Part shown: in pieces, positions 18,108 through 27,916 of the stretch
Position numbering within the stretch: position 1 is the stretch's first letter
Layout of the letters: each line of letters starts with the position of its first letter
Source: an uncultured Candidatus Saccharibacteria bacterium
GTDB lineage: Bacteria; Patescibacteriota; WWE3; 2-01-FULL-39-13
NCBI GenBank assembly: GCA_965230915.1
Contig: OZ246395.1
Location: 140,019-204,018 of the forward strand
Direction: 5' to 3'
Length of the DNA stretch: 64,000 bases
The notes under the pieces: generated by a model
The model's input: only the letters and a program-made list of their open reading frames with translations
The model's database searches: none
What the model was told of the DNA's origin: nothing
Position numbers and translations under genes: made by a program

Positions 18108-19970
18108 ATGAATGTTAAAGAAACATTAAAAAACGAAATTGCTGCAAGCTTAAACAAACTTTTACCTAACAAAAATATAAATGGCGAAAGCATTTTAATA
18201 GAATTCCCAGAAAATTTAGATTACGGAGATTTTTCTACAAATTCAGCAATGGTATTTTTTAAACAAGCTGGTTCAGAAAGTGGATACAAATCACCTCGGG
18301 ACTTTGCAGAAGCTCTTATAAACGATTTAAACGCGTCAAAAAATTTATCAAAGTATATCGAGACTATCCAAGTGGCTGGTCCAGGATTTATTAACTTTAA
18401 ATTACGCGGCTTATATTTCGCCGAAATGCTTAGCCTAATTAATTCTGATATAGGTCTGTTCGCAAAGCCTGTCCAAGTGAAGTCTAAAGCGTCATTAGAG
18501 CATACTCAAATGAATCCGAATAAAGATCTTCATGTCGGCCACTTAAGAAATTCATGCATTGGCGATTCAGTTGTTAAACTGCTAGGTTTTAGCGGGCGAG
18601 ATGTTACGGTTCAGTATTACCAGAATGATGCAGGGTTACAAATATCATCGATTGTTTTAGCCTACAAGGAAAAGTTTATAAAGCCCGAAGATTTTCAGAA
18701 GTTACACAAATGGGCGGCTGTTGCGTATGTTGACATAGAAAGTCGCATAGAAACTAATGAGGGGTTGGTACAAAAACGCGCTGACATCCAAGTCAATATA
18801 TCCAAGCAGAACAATGAAGATGCAAGGTTGGCTAAAAAATTAACCGACGAAATTCTAAGAAATGTTTTGGAAACTATGTCAGACCTTGGCGTCTATTTTG
18901 ATTTAGTAGTATGCGAAAGCGATATATTAAAGGATCAAATATGGGATCAGGCGTTCGAAATATTAAAGAAAAGCGATTCTTTTTATCAGGCAAAAGAAGG
19001 TAAGCAAGAAGGTTGTTGGTTAGTGAAAATGCCTAATGCGGAAGACAAAATTTTTGTTCGTGCCAATGGAATTCCTAATTATGTAGCTACCGATTTTGCT
19101 TATGAATTGTGGAAGTTCGGACAATTAAAGGATTTCAAATATAAAGAATTTCCACTTAACTTTTATAAAAAACAATTAGATATAACTTCATCAGATGGCG
19201 ATACTAAGAATGGGTACAACAATGCAGATGAGGTGTATTTAGTAGTTGATGTAACCCAGAGCTATCCACAACAAAGCATTGTAGAAGCATTAAACGTATT
19301 GGGTTATAAAAAAGAAGCTAGTAACTACCATCATATTGCCTATGGTTTCGTTTATCTTTCAGAAAAGACTGCAAATAAACTAGGTATAGAAATTGAGGAT
19401 TCCACAAAACCTATTAAAATGAGCGGCCGTAAAGGCACCGTAGTCTCTGTAGATACATTCTTAGAGAAGGTCGAAACCGCACTAATAGAAAAATTTGGGG
19501 ATTTTAGCAGCTTAAAAGAGGTGAGAAACGGGGCTATTAAGTTCGAAATGCTAAAAAATAATACATACCAGGATATGGTGTTTGATTTGGAAGCTGCAAT
19601 AGATAATAAAGGTTTTACAGGTCCATATATTCAATATACATACGCTAGAGCTATGTCTGTGCTTAAAAAGAGTAAAAACGTTGTTACTATAGAAGCTTTG
19701 GAAGTCGATTTCGACGATGCAGAGCTTAAATTATTAAAAGAAATTAATAAGTTGCCAGATGAAATACAGCGAGCGATTGACGAATTAAGTCCGCATTATA
19801 TATGTCATTATATGTACAGCGTTGCACAGGCGTACAATGCTTTTTATAATTCAAACCAAATAATTGGATCCGAAAAGGAAAGCTTTAGGGTTGCAGTGAC
19901 GCAATCTGTCGCAAATGTCCTAGAGCTAGGTTTGTCGCTATTGGGGATTAAAGCCCCAGAATCGATGTAG
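18108..19970 (+). CDS. argS: Arginyl-tRNA synthetase
   Basis: GDFSTN, AGPGFINF, NPNKDLHVGHLRN, KMSGRKG and GPYIQYTYAR. Confidence 0.95.
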   Translation: MNVKETLKNEIAASLNKLLPNKNINGESILIEFPENLDYGDFSTNSAMVFFKQAGSESGYKSPRDFAEALINDLNASKNLSKYIETIQVAGPGFINFKLRGLYFAEMLSLINSDIGLFAKPVQVKSKASLEHTQMNPNKDLHVGHLRNSCIGDSVVKLLGFSGRDVTVQYYQNDAGLQISSIVLAYKEKFIKPEDFQKLHKWAAVAYVDIESRIETNEGLVQKRADIQVNISKQNNEDARLAKKLTDEILRNVLETMSDLGVYFDLVVCESDILKDQIWDQAFEILKKSDSFYQAKEGKQEGCWLVKMPNAEDKIFVRANGIPNYVATDFAYELWKFGQLKDFKYKEFPLNFYKKQLDITSSDGDTKNGYNNADEVYLVVDVTQSYPQQSIVEALNVLGYKKEASNYHHIAYGFVYLSEKTANKLGIEIEDSTKPIKMSGRKGTVVSVDTFLEKVETALIEKFGDFSSLKEVRNGAIKFEMLKNNTYQDMVFDLEAAIDNKGFTGPYIQYTYARAMSVLKKSKNVVTIEALEVDFDDAELKLLKEINKLPDEIQRAIDELSPHYICHYMYSVAQAYNAFYNSNQIIGSEKESFRVAVTQSVANVLELGLSLLGIKAPESM

Positions 19971-20284
19971 GCCGAAATCTATGTACGAATAGGCAATGTC
20001 GCCTAAGATCTTCATATTTGAAAATACTGACAACGGATTTTATTTCAGGTAAAAACATATTTATATAGCTTCAGATCGTGGGCGTTGGCGTTTTCTCATG
20101 CTTTATCGCGATGAGACATCGATTTTCTTCGGTTGAGGTACATATTCATTAAATTGCACCCTGCTTGAAAACCTTTATTTAACGCGCATTGTTAAAAACT
20201 TATCATCTGTAAAATTTATCTGATTAGTCTACTGAGGCCTAAGACTAAGTTCCATAAGTATGTCTTTGTGTTAGAATTTCGTTT

Positions 20285-21169
20285 ATGAAGCAGTTAAGCT
20301 TTCGGAATTGTTTAGTGTCGTTATTAAGCGTGTCCTGTTTAGGAGTCATAGCGATAACTCTTGCTGGAGTTTTGATTTTCCAAAAGGCATATAAAGACCC
20401 TTCTGAAACTACAACCAAGGAAACTCCCAGCCCTTATTCTCATTTACCTGCTAAGCAAAAGCCAATTGAATCCGTTGTGGCTATAGTTTCTGATTCTGAA
20501 GACGATTGGGAAACCCTATCCCAGGTTATAGAAAATTTAGACAACGGTAAAATACTAAATGGTTTTCATGCAGGTGATATTACAAGCCTTGGCGTTTTAG
20601 AAGACTTACAGGAGGCGAAGAAGATTACAGATAACTCTAGTGTCGAATTTAACTTTGTTCCAGGTGATAGAGATCTTTGGAAATCTGGAGGCGTCGAAAA
20701 CTTTAACAAAGTCTTTGGGGAGAGTTACAAAATGGTTAATATTGGTTCTGTTAATTTCCTATTAATAGATAACGCTAATGAGTATGAAGGAATTCCAGAA
20801 GAAGAATGGACCTTTATTGCTGACAACCTATCAAAGGCTGATTATGTGATCCTTCATAATCCAATTTATTTCAATGATTCATTGTTAGGGCTAGCTCATC
20901 ATGGTATGGGACAGTATTCACAAAATGTCGAGGATCAAAGAGTGAGGTTATTGTCTATGATAAGAAATTCTAACGTAAAAGCAGTGTTTGCTGGAGATCA
21001 GCATTTGTTTTCTGAAAGTGCTGATACGGAAAAGCCTGAATTGAACCATTACGTCGTTGGAGCATTAAATACAGATCGTAACATTCAACAACCTAATTAC
21101 CTGTTGTTGACACTATATACAGACGGAGATTATCATGTTGAACAAGTATATTTAGTACCTTCCAAATAA
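20285..21169 (+). CDS. Membrane-anchored calcineurin-like metallophosphoesterase (atypical ligand set)
   Basis: N-terminal TM; IVSDSE, HAGD, VPGDRD, ILHNP and FAGDQH occur in the calcineurin-like motif order. Confidence 0.7.
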   Translation: MKQLSFRNCLVSLLSVSCLGVIAITLAGVLIFQKAYKDPSETTTKETPSPYSHLPAKQKPIESVVAIVSDSEDDWETLSQVIENLDNGKILNGFHAGDITSLGVLEDLQEAKKITDNSSVEFNFVPGDRDLWKSGGVENFNKVFGESYKMVNIGSVNFLLIDNANEYEGIPEEEWTFIADNLSKADYVILHNPIYFNDSLLGLAHHGMGQYSQNVEDQRVRLLSMIRNSNVKAVFAGDQHLFSESADTEKPELNHYVVGALNTDRNIQQPNYLLLTLYTDGDYHVEQVYLVPSK

Positions 21170-21173
21170 TTTT

Positions 21174-21683
21174 ATGTATCACGACGAGACAGTCCAAAGA
21201 ATAAAAAAGGAACTTCCTTTTGAGCGTACCTTAGTTTTAATTAAACCTGACGCGGTGCAGCGTGGCCTTGTCGGTAGAGTTATAACCAGATTTGAAGATA
21301 AAGGTCTTCAGCTAGTTGGTTTAAAATTAATGAACGTGAGTGATACTATTATCGAATCACACTACTCGCATCTTAAAGAAAAACCTTTCTTTAAAACATT
21401 AACCGACTTCATGCAAAGTTCTCCAGTTGTTGCGATGATCTGGCAGGGTGTAGACGCTGTCGAAGCTGTTAGATTGATTGTTGGTATAACTAATTCTCGA
21501 AAAGCTGATGCAGGAAGTATTAGGGGCGATTTTGGAATGGGTCAGTCTGCGAATATAATCCATGCCTCCGATTCAGTAGATAACGCTAAAATAGAAGTTG
21601 AAAGATTCTTTGATGCAGACGAAATTTTAGATTACGATAAGACCGAACTCTTGCATATTTATTCTCCAGAGCTTAACCGCTAA
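21174..21683 (+). CDS. ndk: Nucleoside-diphosphate kinase
   Basis: ERTLVLIKPDAVQRGL, GSIRGDF and NIIHASDS. Confidence 0.97.
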   Translation: MYHDETVQRIKKELPFERTLVLIKPDAVQRGLVGRVITRFEDKGLQLVGLKLMNVSDTIIESHYSHLKEKPFFKTLTDFMQSSPVVAMIWQGVDAVEAVRLIVGITNSRKADAGSIRGDFGMGQSANIIHASDSVDNAKIEVERFFDADEILDYDKTELLHIYSPELNR

Positions 21684-21709
21684 TAGATAGGTAAATATAT
21701 AATTCAGCC

Positions 21710-21785
21710 TGGTGCTCCCGGAAGGACTTGAACCTTCGACACCAGGTTTAGGAAACCTGTGCTCTATCCCCTGAGCTACGAGAGC
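21710..21785 (-). tRNA. tRNA-Arg (anticodon CCT)
   Basis: 76-nt cloverleaf: GCTCTCG/CGGGAGC acceptor stem, CAGGT-TTCCTAA-ACCTG anticodon arm, GAAGG-TTCAAGT-CCTTC T arm and an encoded CCA. Confidence 0.96.
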
Positions 21786-22435
21786 AAAATTTTCTCAAAA
21801 ACAGTACAGTTGAAATAATACCATATAGATCTTCTGGTGTTTTTGTCGTAGTTTGGGCGTATTAAGGGGGAGTGAGCACGCCCTATAACTATTAAAAATG
21901 AAAATGCGGGGAAGGGGCTTATAGTTTGTAAGGTGGGTGTTCGTAAATTTGCATATAAAATTCAGTTTTCTACATTTGGGTTTTGGCTGTAACGGAGCAT
22001 AAGGTCCTATAACTTTTCAATTTAAATGTTTTGAGTAAATTTAGTGCAGATTGTTTTGGGCTGTTACATTCAGTAATGCTAGCTAAATTAATATGAATTA
22101 TTCTTTTTAGTCAGTGATTCCCATATCATGCGGATATATTACGACATCTGCCTTGCAAGTTTTAAAATATTCTAAACATTAAATGTATATAGAATTATTT
22201 TAATAAATAAAAAGTGCTTATAGCTTATTTAAAGCGCAAAAAAAGTTTATAGAATTCTATAGCCTATATACATGCATTTTCGGTGTCATAAAAAATCTTA
22301 GTTCATAAAGTTTCACGGCCAAATTTTCTATCAGTCGGGCGTTTGTACTGATATGGCTCTGAACTCCATAGATAGAGAGTCCCTATCCTTAAGAGTTATG
22401 TATGATTTTAGGTGTTATAATAATTACATAGTCAT

Positions 22436-23086
22436 ATGAATCAGAAACTCATATTAAACACACTCGGTAACTTCCTTATGATCTTAGGCTTAGGCATCGC
22501 GGTGTTCACCTATGCACCTATTATTTACTCAGAAGTAAAATATGAGCTATCTCCAAAGCAGAACATCGTTCCCGTTGAAAATGAACACAATAATGACTCT
22601 GATTCAGGCGTATCTGATGAACCTGATTTTGAGAATATTGCCCTTCTAGAGCCGGTTGATCCAGACTTTTCAATTGTCATAAGCAAGATAGACGTTAATG
22701 CACCTGTCATTGAAGATGTGACTACAGTTAATCATGAAGAATACATGGCAGCCTTAAAGCGTGGCGTAGCTCATGCAAGGGGGACATCTCTTCCCGGTGA
22801 ACCTGGTAATATGTTTTTATTCGCGCATTCATCTCTAAACTTTTGGGAATTAGGTCCATACGCTACAGTATTTAATCTTTTAAATAAGCTTGAAAACGGA
22901 GATTTGATTACGGTCTTTTATGATGGCCAAGCATACACATACCAAGTTTATGATATGGAAGTCGTTCCTGGGTGGAACACCGAACCATTTTACGAAGAAT
23001 CAGAAGATGCTACTTTAACTCTTATTACTTGTGATCCACCTGGGTCAACTATTAATAGAAGGGTTGTTAAAGCCCGACTTATTTAA
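22436..23086 (+). CDS. Sortase family protein
   Basis: N-terminal TM; PGEPGNMFLFAHS (His), LTLITC (Cys) and a downstream Arg. Confidence 0.9.
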   Translation: MNQKLILNTLGNFLMILGLGIAVFTYAPIIYSEVKYELSPKQNIVPVENEHNNDSDSGVSDEPDFENIALLEPVDPDFSIVISKIDVNAPVIEDVTTVNHEEYMAALKRGVAHARGTSLPGEPGNMFLFAHSSLNFWELGPYATVFNLLNKLENGDLITVFYDGQAYTYQVYDMEVVPGWNTEPFYEESEDATLTLITCDPPGSTINRRVVKARLI

Positions 23087-23180
23087 CATTAATATTTAAC
23101 ATCAAAAAGTTGACGCATAATATATAAGGCCAAATTTAGGCTGTCTTACAAGCGAACTTTTCGATATGAAATACTAATGC

Positions 23181-24374
23181 TTAGCGGATTGAGATCGCAT
23201 ATAAGTTGGTTTGAGATCTTTCTTTTAGCCAGGTTAGAACGATTATCTTATCCCCTGCAGGTGTTGGAAATGCTTGGTCTGAAGCAAGAGTGCCTGTATA
23301 GATTGGTGTACGATTTGTTCCATCTATTCTTACTAAACTTATTGTGTAGTTATCTGCTGTGTTAGGAGTTTTCTCCACTAATATTAAGTGGTATGAATCT
23401 GAGTACCAGTAGATCTTTGTAGTCGTTGGGTCTGGTAGTGTTAATGTTTCGTATGTACGTTTTTCACCTACCGGAAGTGGATCTTCTCCGTTATATATAT
23501 TTACTTTAACTTCGTTTGGGTTTTCGGTTCCAGGTGTTAAGAAGAAAAATTTTTCTTCGTCCGGAGACCAAGTTGTTTGGCTTGTTAAAGCTTTCTCTTT
23601 TATCCATTCTGGCATGTCTTGCTGGCTATCAATTGTTTCAATTTTTGCATTAACAAAGTCGGCTTTATACTCTTCGTCCCATCTGTCGAAGACTTGCTGC
23701 ACGTTTGTAATTGCCTGTGGTTGAGGGTTGGCGTTTCCAGCTGCGTCTAATTTATATAGAAGATATCCTGTCTCGTTCATTCGAACTAATAATTCATCGT
23801 CGTTTTTTGACCACCAAATGTTTTCTCCTGCGGATGGAGTAGCGTTTGAAGTATCTGGAATTAATAGCCTTGTATTGTTTCGAAATATATTAAGTGGTGA
23901 TCCGGTTAATGGAAGCGACCAAACACCTGGTTCTTCGTGATCTGTCGTTAAGAAGACTATGTTATTTTGGTTTGTAGAGAGTCCAAATGCTTTTACATTA
24001 GTATTAGTTAATGGTTCTAGTCTAGGGCTCTGTAAAACTAATACAGCGGTTATATCTGTAACAAGTTCTGGATAAACTGAGATTTCTTTTTCCCAGCTTT
24101 CATATCCGTCTCTTTCTATTCTTAATGTGTATTGCCCAGGTTGTAGTGAAGAAATAGTATCGTCAGTTGCAGTTATTAATTCGTCGTCTAGATATATTTT
24201 TGCTCCATCGGGCATAGATCTGACCGCGAGCATTCCTGTTTTTTTAACGGTTGGTTGTGGGTAGCCGCTTTGGCCTCTTAGGTCGATTCGCCAGCCTTCA
24301 CTATATAGTAAGGTCACAACCGTCACTAATAATAGTGAGCTTAATGTAATTGCGAGGTTCAATAAATTTTTCAT
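23181..24374 (-). CDS. PEGA-domain surface protein with probable beta-propeller
   Basis: N-terminal TM, TGMLAVRSMPDGAKIYLD...PGQYTLRIERDGYESW PEGA signature, and WS.D-type repeats. Confidence 0.8.
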   Translation of the reverse strand: MKNLLNLAITLSSLLLVTVVTLLYSEGWRIDLRGQSGYPQPTVKKTGMLAVRSMPDGAKIYLDDELITATDDTISSLQPGQYTLRIERDGYESWEKEISVYPELVTDITAVLVLQSPRLEPLTNTNVKAFGLSTNQNNIVFLTTDHEEPGVWSLPLTGSPLNIFRNNTRLLIPDTSNATPSAGENIWWSKNDDELLVRMNETGYLLYKLDAAGNANPQPQAITNVQQVFDRWDEEYKADFVNAKIETIDSQQDMPEWIKEKALTSQTTWSPDEEKFFFLTPGTENPNEVKVNIYNGEDPLPVGEKRTYETLTLPDPTTTKIYWYSDSYHLILVEKTPNTADNYTISLVRIDGTNRTPIYTGTLASDQAFPTPAGDKIIVLTWLKERSQTNLYAISIR

Positions 24375-24619
24375 TCATACAAATCTTATCAAATAAGGCT
24401 TTAACCTTAAAGGCTGGCGATATATGTTGTTCTCCTTGTCTTAGGTCGTGATTTTAAAATTTACTAACAAGAAATTGCGAAGTGTGAAAATTTGTAGCGA
24501 CAATTTTTTAATTGAGATTTTTATTGCTGATTCTCACTTTATCGCAAGCAAATCGATGTGAGAAATAGCTGGTATATCGATCTATTTTCATAACCCGAAC
24601 CCATAGTTACAAGTTTACC

Positions 24620-24648
24620 TTGACTAGGTATGTTGCTCGATGTAAGTT
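24620..24648 (+). promoter_or_regulatory. Sigma70-type promoter, probably giving a leaderless mRNA
   Basis: TTGACT-17 nt-TAAGTT, 6 nt before the ATG at 24655. Confidence 0.55.
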
Positions 24649-24654
24649 AAGGAC

Positions 24655-25869
24655 ATGGCTATAGAACTCGCTGACAAACTCTACACATCAACCCAAGTCG
24701 CTGACATTTTAGGCGTAAGCTTGAGGACACTATATAGATACATGGAAGATGACAAAATCAAATCCATGAGAACTGCATCTGGCAGACACAGATTCACCAA
24801 AGATCACATAATAGAATTTTTAAATGCAGGAAGAGGCGGAATGGGTGATGAGATGTCTTCTGCGCCAGCATATGGAAGTCCTAGAAATTCAGGGTATCCA
24901 AATATGCCTCAGAATCAAGGTATGATGCAAAATGGTCAGAGAGGTGGCTATTATGATAATGCTCAGGTGCCGGTTAATAACATGCCAAATCCTTATGCTT
25001 CAGGGTCAAACTTTTCTGGTATGAGCCAGCCTGCTCAAACAGGTAATAATATGTATGGTCGTGAAGATAAAATGGGTATGAATACTGCTGCACATAGTGC
25101 ACAAGGCAATATGCCAAATCAACAGCAGCAAAACCAACAGCCACAACAGAATCAATATAATAGTGATTTTGTTGTTGAAGAAGAAGATGATTTTGAATTT
25201 GACGTAACTAGCTATGACTATGATAGTGATGTTGGTACGCAACAAAATCAGACAAGTGCTCCAACAAGCAGTAATAACTATTCGGGTCAAAATTCAGGTT
25301 ATGGCTCAGCTCAACAGAGCAATTATGCTCAAAGTCCAGTTCAGCCGCAGGCACAGCCAGCACAGCAGCAAGCTGCAAGACAAGATTTTTCTCAGTCTAC
25401 ATACGCGCCTCCGGCAAGTACTTCTGCCCCTGAGGTAAAGCCAGAACCTATGGTTTCGGAAGGTGCGGAAGCTAATATTAATGTTAGATATTATAAGAGC
25501 GATTACAGTGATTTAATCGAGCTAGCCAAGAAGATAAAAGATACTTCAAATGCTAAAGATTTAGAGTATGCATTCACTTTATATGCTGGGTTGTCTTTAC
25601 ATTTCTTGATAAGACCATTTACTGTTCTTAACTTCTATGCAAACCCAGAAGATATGCAGCTTTGGAAAGATGAGTTGAGGTTAGTTCCTACTCAGCGCCG
25701 AGAAGAGGCAAATGTTGGAATCATAATAAATACCGATATCGTATTCGTTCCAACTAGAGAAATAGGGGGCTTTAAGGTAGTAGAAGATAAGATACTATTG
25801 AAGGATTTATCTGCATCAAAAGAAGAAGACTTAGTAAAACAGTTTAGACAACATCTGACATCAATTTAA
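24655..25869 (+). CDS. Excisionase/MerR-like HTH protein with low-complexity linker and AbiEi-like C-terminal domain
   Basis: YTSTQVADILGVSLRTLYRY...SGRHRF HTH; Q/N/S/G/Y-rich middle; C-terminal YAFTLYAG...ANVGII...GFKVV...LLKDL. Confidence 0.75.
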   Translation: MAIELADKLYTSTQVADILGVSLRTLYRYMEDDKIKSMRTASGRHRFTKDHIIEFLNAGRGGMGDEMSSAPAYGSPRNSGYPNMPQNQGMMQNGQRGGYYDNAQVPVNNMPNPYASGSNFSGMSQPAQTGNNMYGREDKMGMNTAAHSAQGNMPNQQQQNQQPQQNQYNSDFVVEEEDDFEFDVTSYDYDSDVGTQQNQTSAPTSSNNYSGQNSGYGSAQQSNYAQSPVQPQAQPAQQQAARQDFSQSTYAPPASTSAPEVKPEPMVSEGAEANINVRYYKSDYSDLIELAKKIKDTSNAKDLEYAFTLYAGLSLHFLIRPFTVLNFYANPEDMQLWKDELRLVPTQRREEANVGIIINTDIVFVPTREIGGFKVVEDKILLKDLSASKEEDLVKQFRQHLTSI

Positions 25870-25906
25870 GGCCTCGAGCCGTGTTTTCGACATAGAATAG
25901 CACGGC

Positions 25907-25935
25907 TTGACAAATACTCTTATAGGTTATAGAAT
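25907..25935 (+). promoter_or_regulatory. Strong sigma70-type promoter facing a non-coding stretch
   Basis: TTGACA-17 nt-TAGAAT. Confidence 0.65.
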
Positions 25936-26198
25936 TCCACCAATTGAACATTGTTTGTATGTAATCAGTGAAAGCTTATGCATCACTTTGGGCTTTTAGC
26001 CTAAGTACGAGAGCAAAAGCCTTTCGGCAAGACAGGTGGTTACAATCATAGAATAAGACACTTTTTGGAATTATCTTTATTATCCATTTTTTCTCGTCTT
26101 ATTCACATTCCTCCTTGCGGAAGGGGCTCTTGCTCTAGTGCTAACAAAAACATTACATAATAAATATCGTTTGGGATCCAATTAAAATTTTGGATCGC

Positions 26199-26274
26199 AG
26201 ATAAAAAACCGCTTCTAAACATGCAAGTGATTTGGGCAGGACACTTGTCATGCGCCGGAGGCGGTTTTTTGTTT
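26199..26274 (+). terminator. Long imperfect terminator-like hairpin upstream of glgA
   Basis: AAAAAACCGCTTC...CATGCAAGTG...CACTTGTCATG...GGAGGCGGTTTTTT. Confidence 0.55.
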
Positions 26275-26296
26275 AGATTTTTGCTAAGATTTAGAC

Positions 26297-27916
26297 ATGG
26301 CAAAGAAGGCAACTATACAAGCCGACAACTCTCTTATTGGTCAGTTTACTAAGTTTTTGTCATCCACAGAACCAGACGATATGCAGAAAAAAGAACAAAT
26401 TCCAACTAAAAAACTGAAGATTTTACATGTAGCTGCTGAGGTATCTCCATTTTCAAGCGTAGGAGGACTAAGTGGTGTTGTGAGTTACTTGTCTAAGGCG
26501 ATGGCCGAACGAGGTCACGATGTAAGAATATTTATGCCTAAGTTTGGCACTATAAATGAGAAAAAGTATCAGATGGAGGTAGTCTATAAAGGATTAAAAG
26601 TTCCAACTGGATACACAAAAGAAGATAATCATCCCAATTATTTAATTTGCAATGTTAAGAAATATGTAACGGAGGCTGGTGTTACTGTTTATTTTTTAGA
26701 GAACATGGAGTTTTATGAAAAGCGTTCGAATGTTTACGCTTATTCAGATGACCACATTCGTTGGGCTTTGCTTTCTTATGGTGCACTTAAATATATTTGT
26801 GAGTGTATTGATTGGGTTCCAGATATTGTTCATGCACACGATTGGCATGCTTCACTTGTTCCGAATATTATAGCTACTCAATATAAGAAAAATTCTTGTT
26901 TGTCCCATACAACAACAGTGTTAACTATCCACAATATGCAATTTCAGGGATTAGAAGTTGATCCTACAAGTCAATTAAATTTTGATGATGGAAAATCTGA
27001 TATTCCAAGACTTTTTAGTGAACGTTTAAAGAAATTAAACTTCTTAAGACGTGGAATTTTATATTCTGACTTGGTAAACACAGTTTCTGAAGGTTATGCA
27101 CGACAAATTTTGACTCCAGAATATGGATGCGGACTAGATAAACTATTAATGGAATTACGATCAAAATTATTCGGGGTAGTTAACGGTATCGACTATGACA
27201 AATTTGATCCCGAGCACGATCCGCTTTTAGCCGAACACTTTAATATAAATACTCTAAATAATCGTATAAAGAATAAAGCTAAATTACAAAAAGAATTTGG
27301 GTTAGAAGAGGATTTATCAATTCCATTATTCGGATATGTTGGCCGTTTAGATCATCAAAAAGGTGTTGATTTAATGCTTGAGGTTGTAGAGAAATTCCTT
27401 AAAGATTTTTATGCACAATTTGTATTGGTTGGATCAGGTGATGGTGGATACGAAAAAATGGCCAATAAATTAATGGAAAAGTTCCCTGGGCAAGTTGGCG
27501 CACATACGTATGCAAACTTTACGCTACCTAAATTAGTATTTGCAGGTTCAGACATAATGTTAATGCCTTCAAGATTTGAACCTTGTGGAATTGTTCAAAT
27601 GGAAGCAATGCGATATGGCGCTATTCCAATTGTTCGCGCAACCGGCGGTTTAGACGATACGGTCAAAGATTTTAATCCATCAACTTTAGAAGGAAATGGA
27701 TTTAAATTTAAAGATTTTGACGGATGGTCGCTTTATGGCCAAATGGTTCGTGCTGCAGAAACTTATAGAAACAAAGAAGACTGGATGCATTTGCAGGTTA
27801 ATGCGATGAGCGAAGACTTTTCTTGGGCACAAATCGCTGTTAAATATGAAGACTTATATAAAAAAGCTATGCATTTTAAATCAGAAGGATATGTTCACGG
27901 AGGAATGGTCGAATGA
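26297..27916 (+). CDS. glgA: Glycogen/starch synthase (GT5), copy 1
   Basis: AAEVSPFSSVGGL, HAHDWH, TIHN, GRLDHQKG, PSRFEPCG and RATGGL. The KxGG lysine is replaced by Ser. Confidence 0.9.
   Translation: MAKKATIQADNSLIGQFTKFLSSTEPDDMQKKEQIPTKKLKILHVAAEVSPFSSVGGLSGVVSYLSKAMAERGHDVRIFMPKFGTINEKKYQMEVVYKGLKVPTGYTKEDNHPNYLICNVKKYVTEAGVTVYFLENMEFYEKRSNVYAYSDDHIRWALLSYGALKYICECIDWVPDIVHAHDWHASLVPNIIATQYKKNSCLSHTTTVLTIHNMQFQGLEVDPTSQLNFDDGKSDIPRLFSERLKKLNFLRRGILYSDLVNTVSEGYARQILTPEYGCGLDKLLMELRSKLFGVVNGIDYDKFDPEHDPLLAEHFNINTLNNRIKNKAKLQKEFGLEEDLSIPLFGYVGRLDHQKGVDLMLEVVEKFLKDFYAQFVLVGSGDGGYEKMANKLMEKFPGQVGAHTYANFTLPKLVFAGSDIMLMPSRFEPCGIVQMEAMRYGAIPIVRATGGLDDTVKDFNPSTLEGNGFKFKDFDGWSLYGQMVRAAETYRNKEDWMHLQVNAMSEDFSWAQIAVKYEDLYKKAMHFKSEGYVHGGMVE

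Noticed and set aside
21786-22435. 650-bp AT-rich gap beside the tRNA as oriC or an integration site
   Set aside because: I saw no DnaA-box cluster, no duplicated tRNA 3' end and no integrase; the gap is on the 5' side of the tRNA.
25930-25945. CCACCA as a tRNA/tmRNA 3' end
   Set aside because: There is no upstream T-arm or acceptor stem.
26103-26312. 69-aa minus-strand ORF upstream of glgA
   Set aside because: It overlaps the glgA start and hairpin-rich DNA and has no recognisable protein features.
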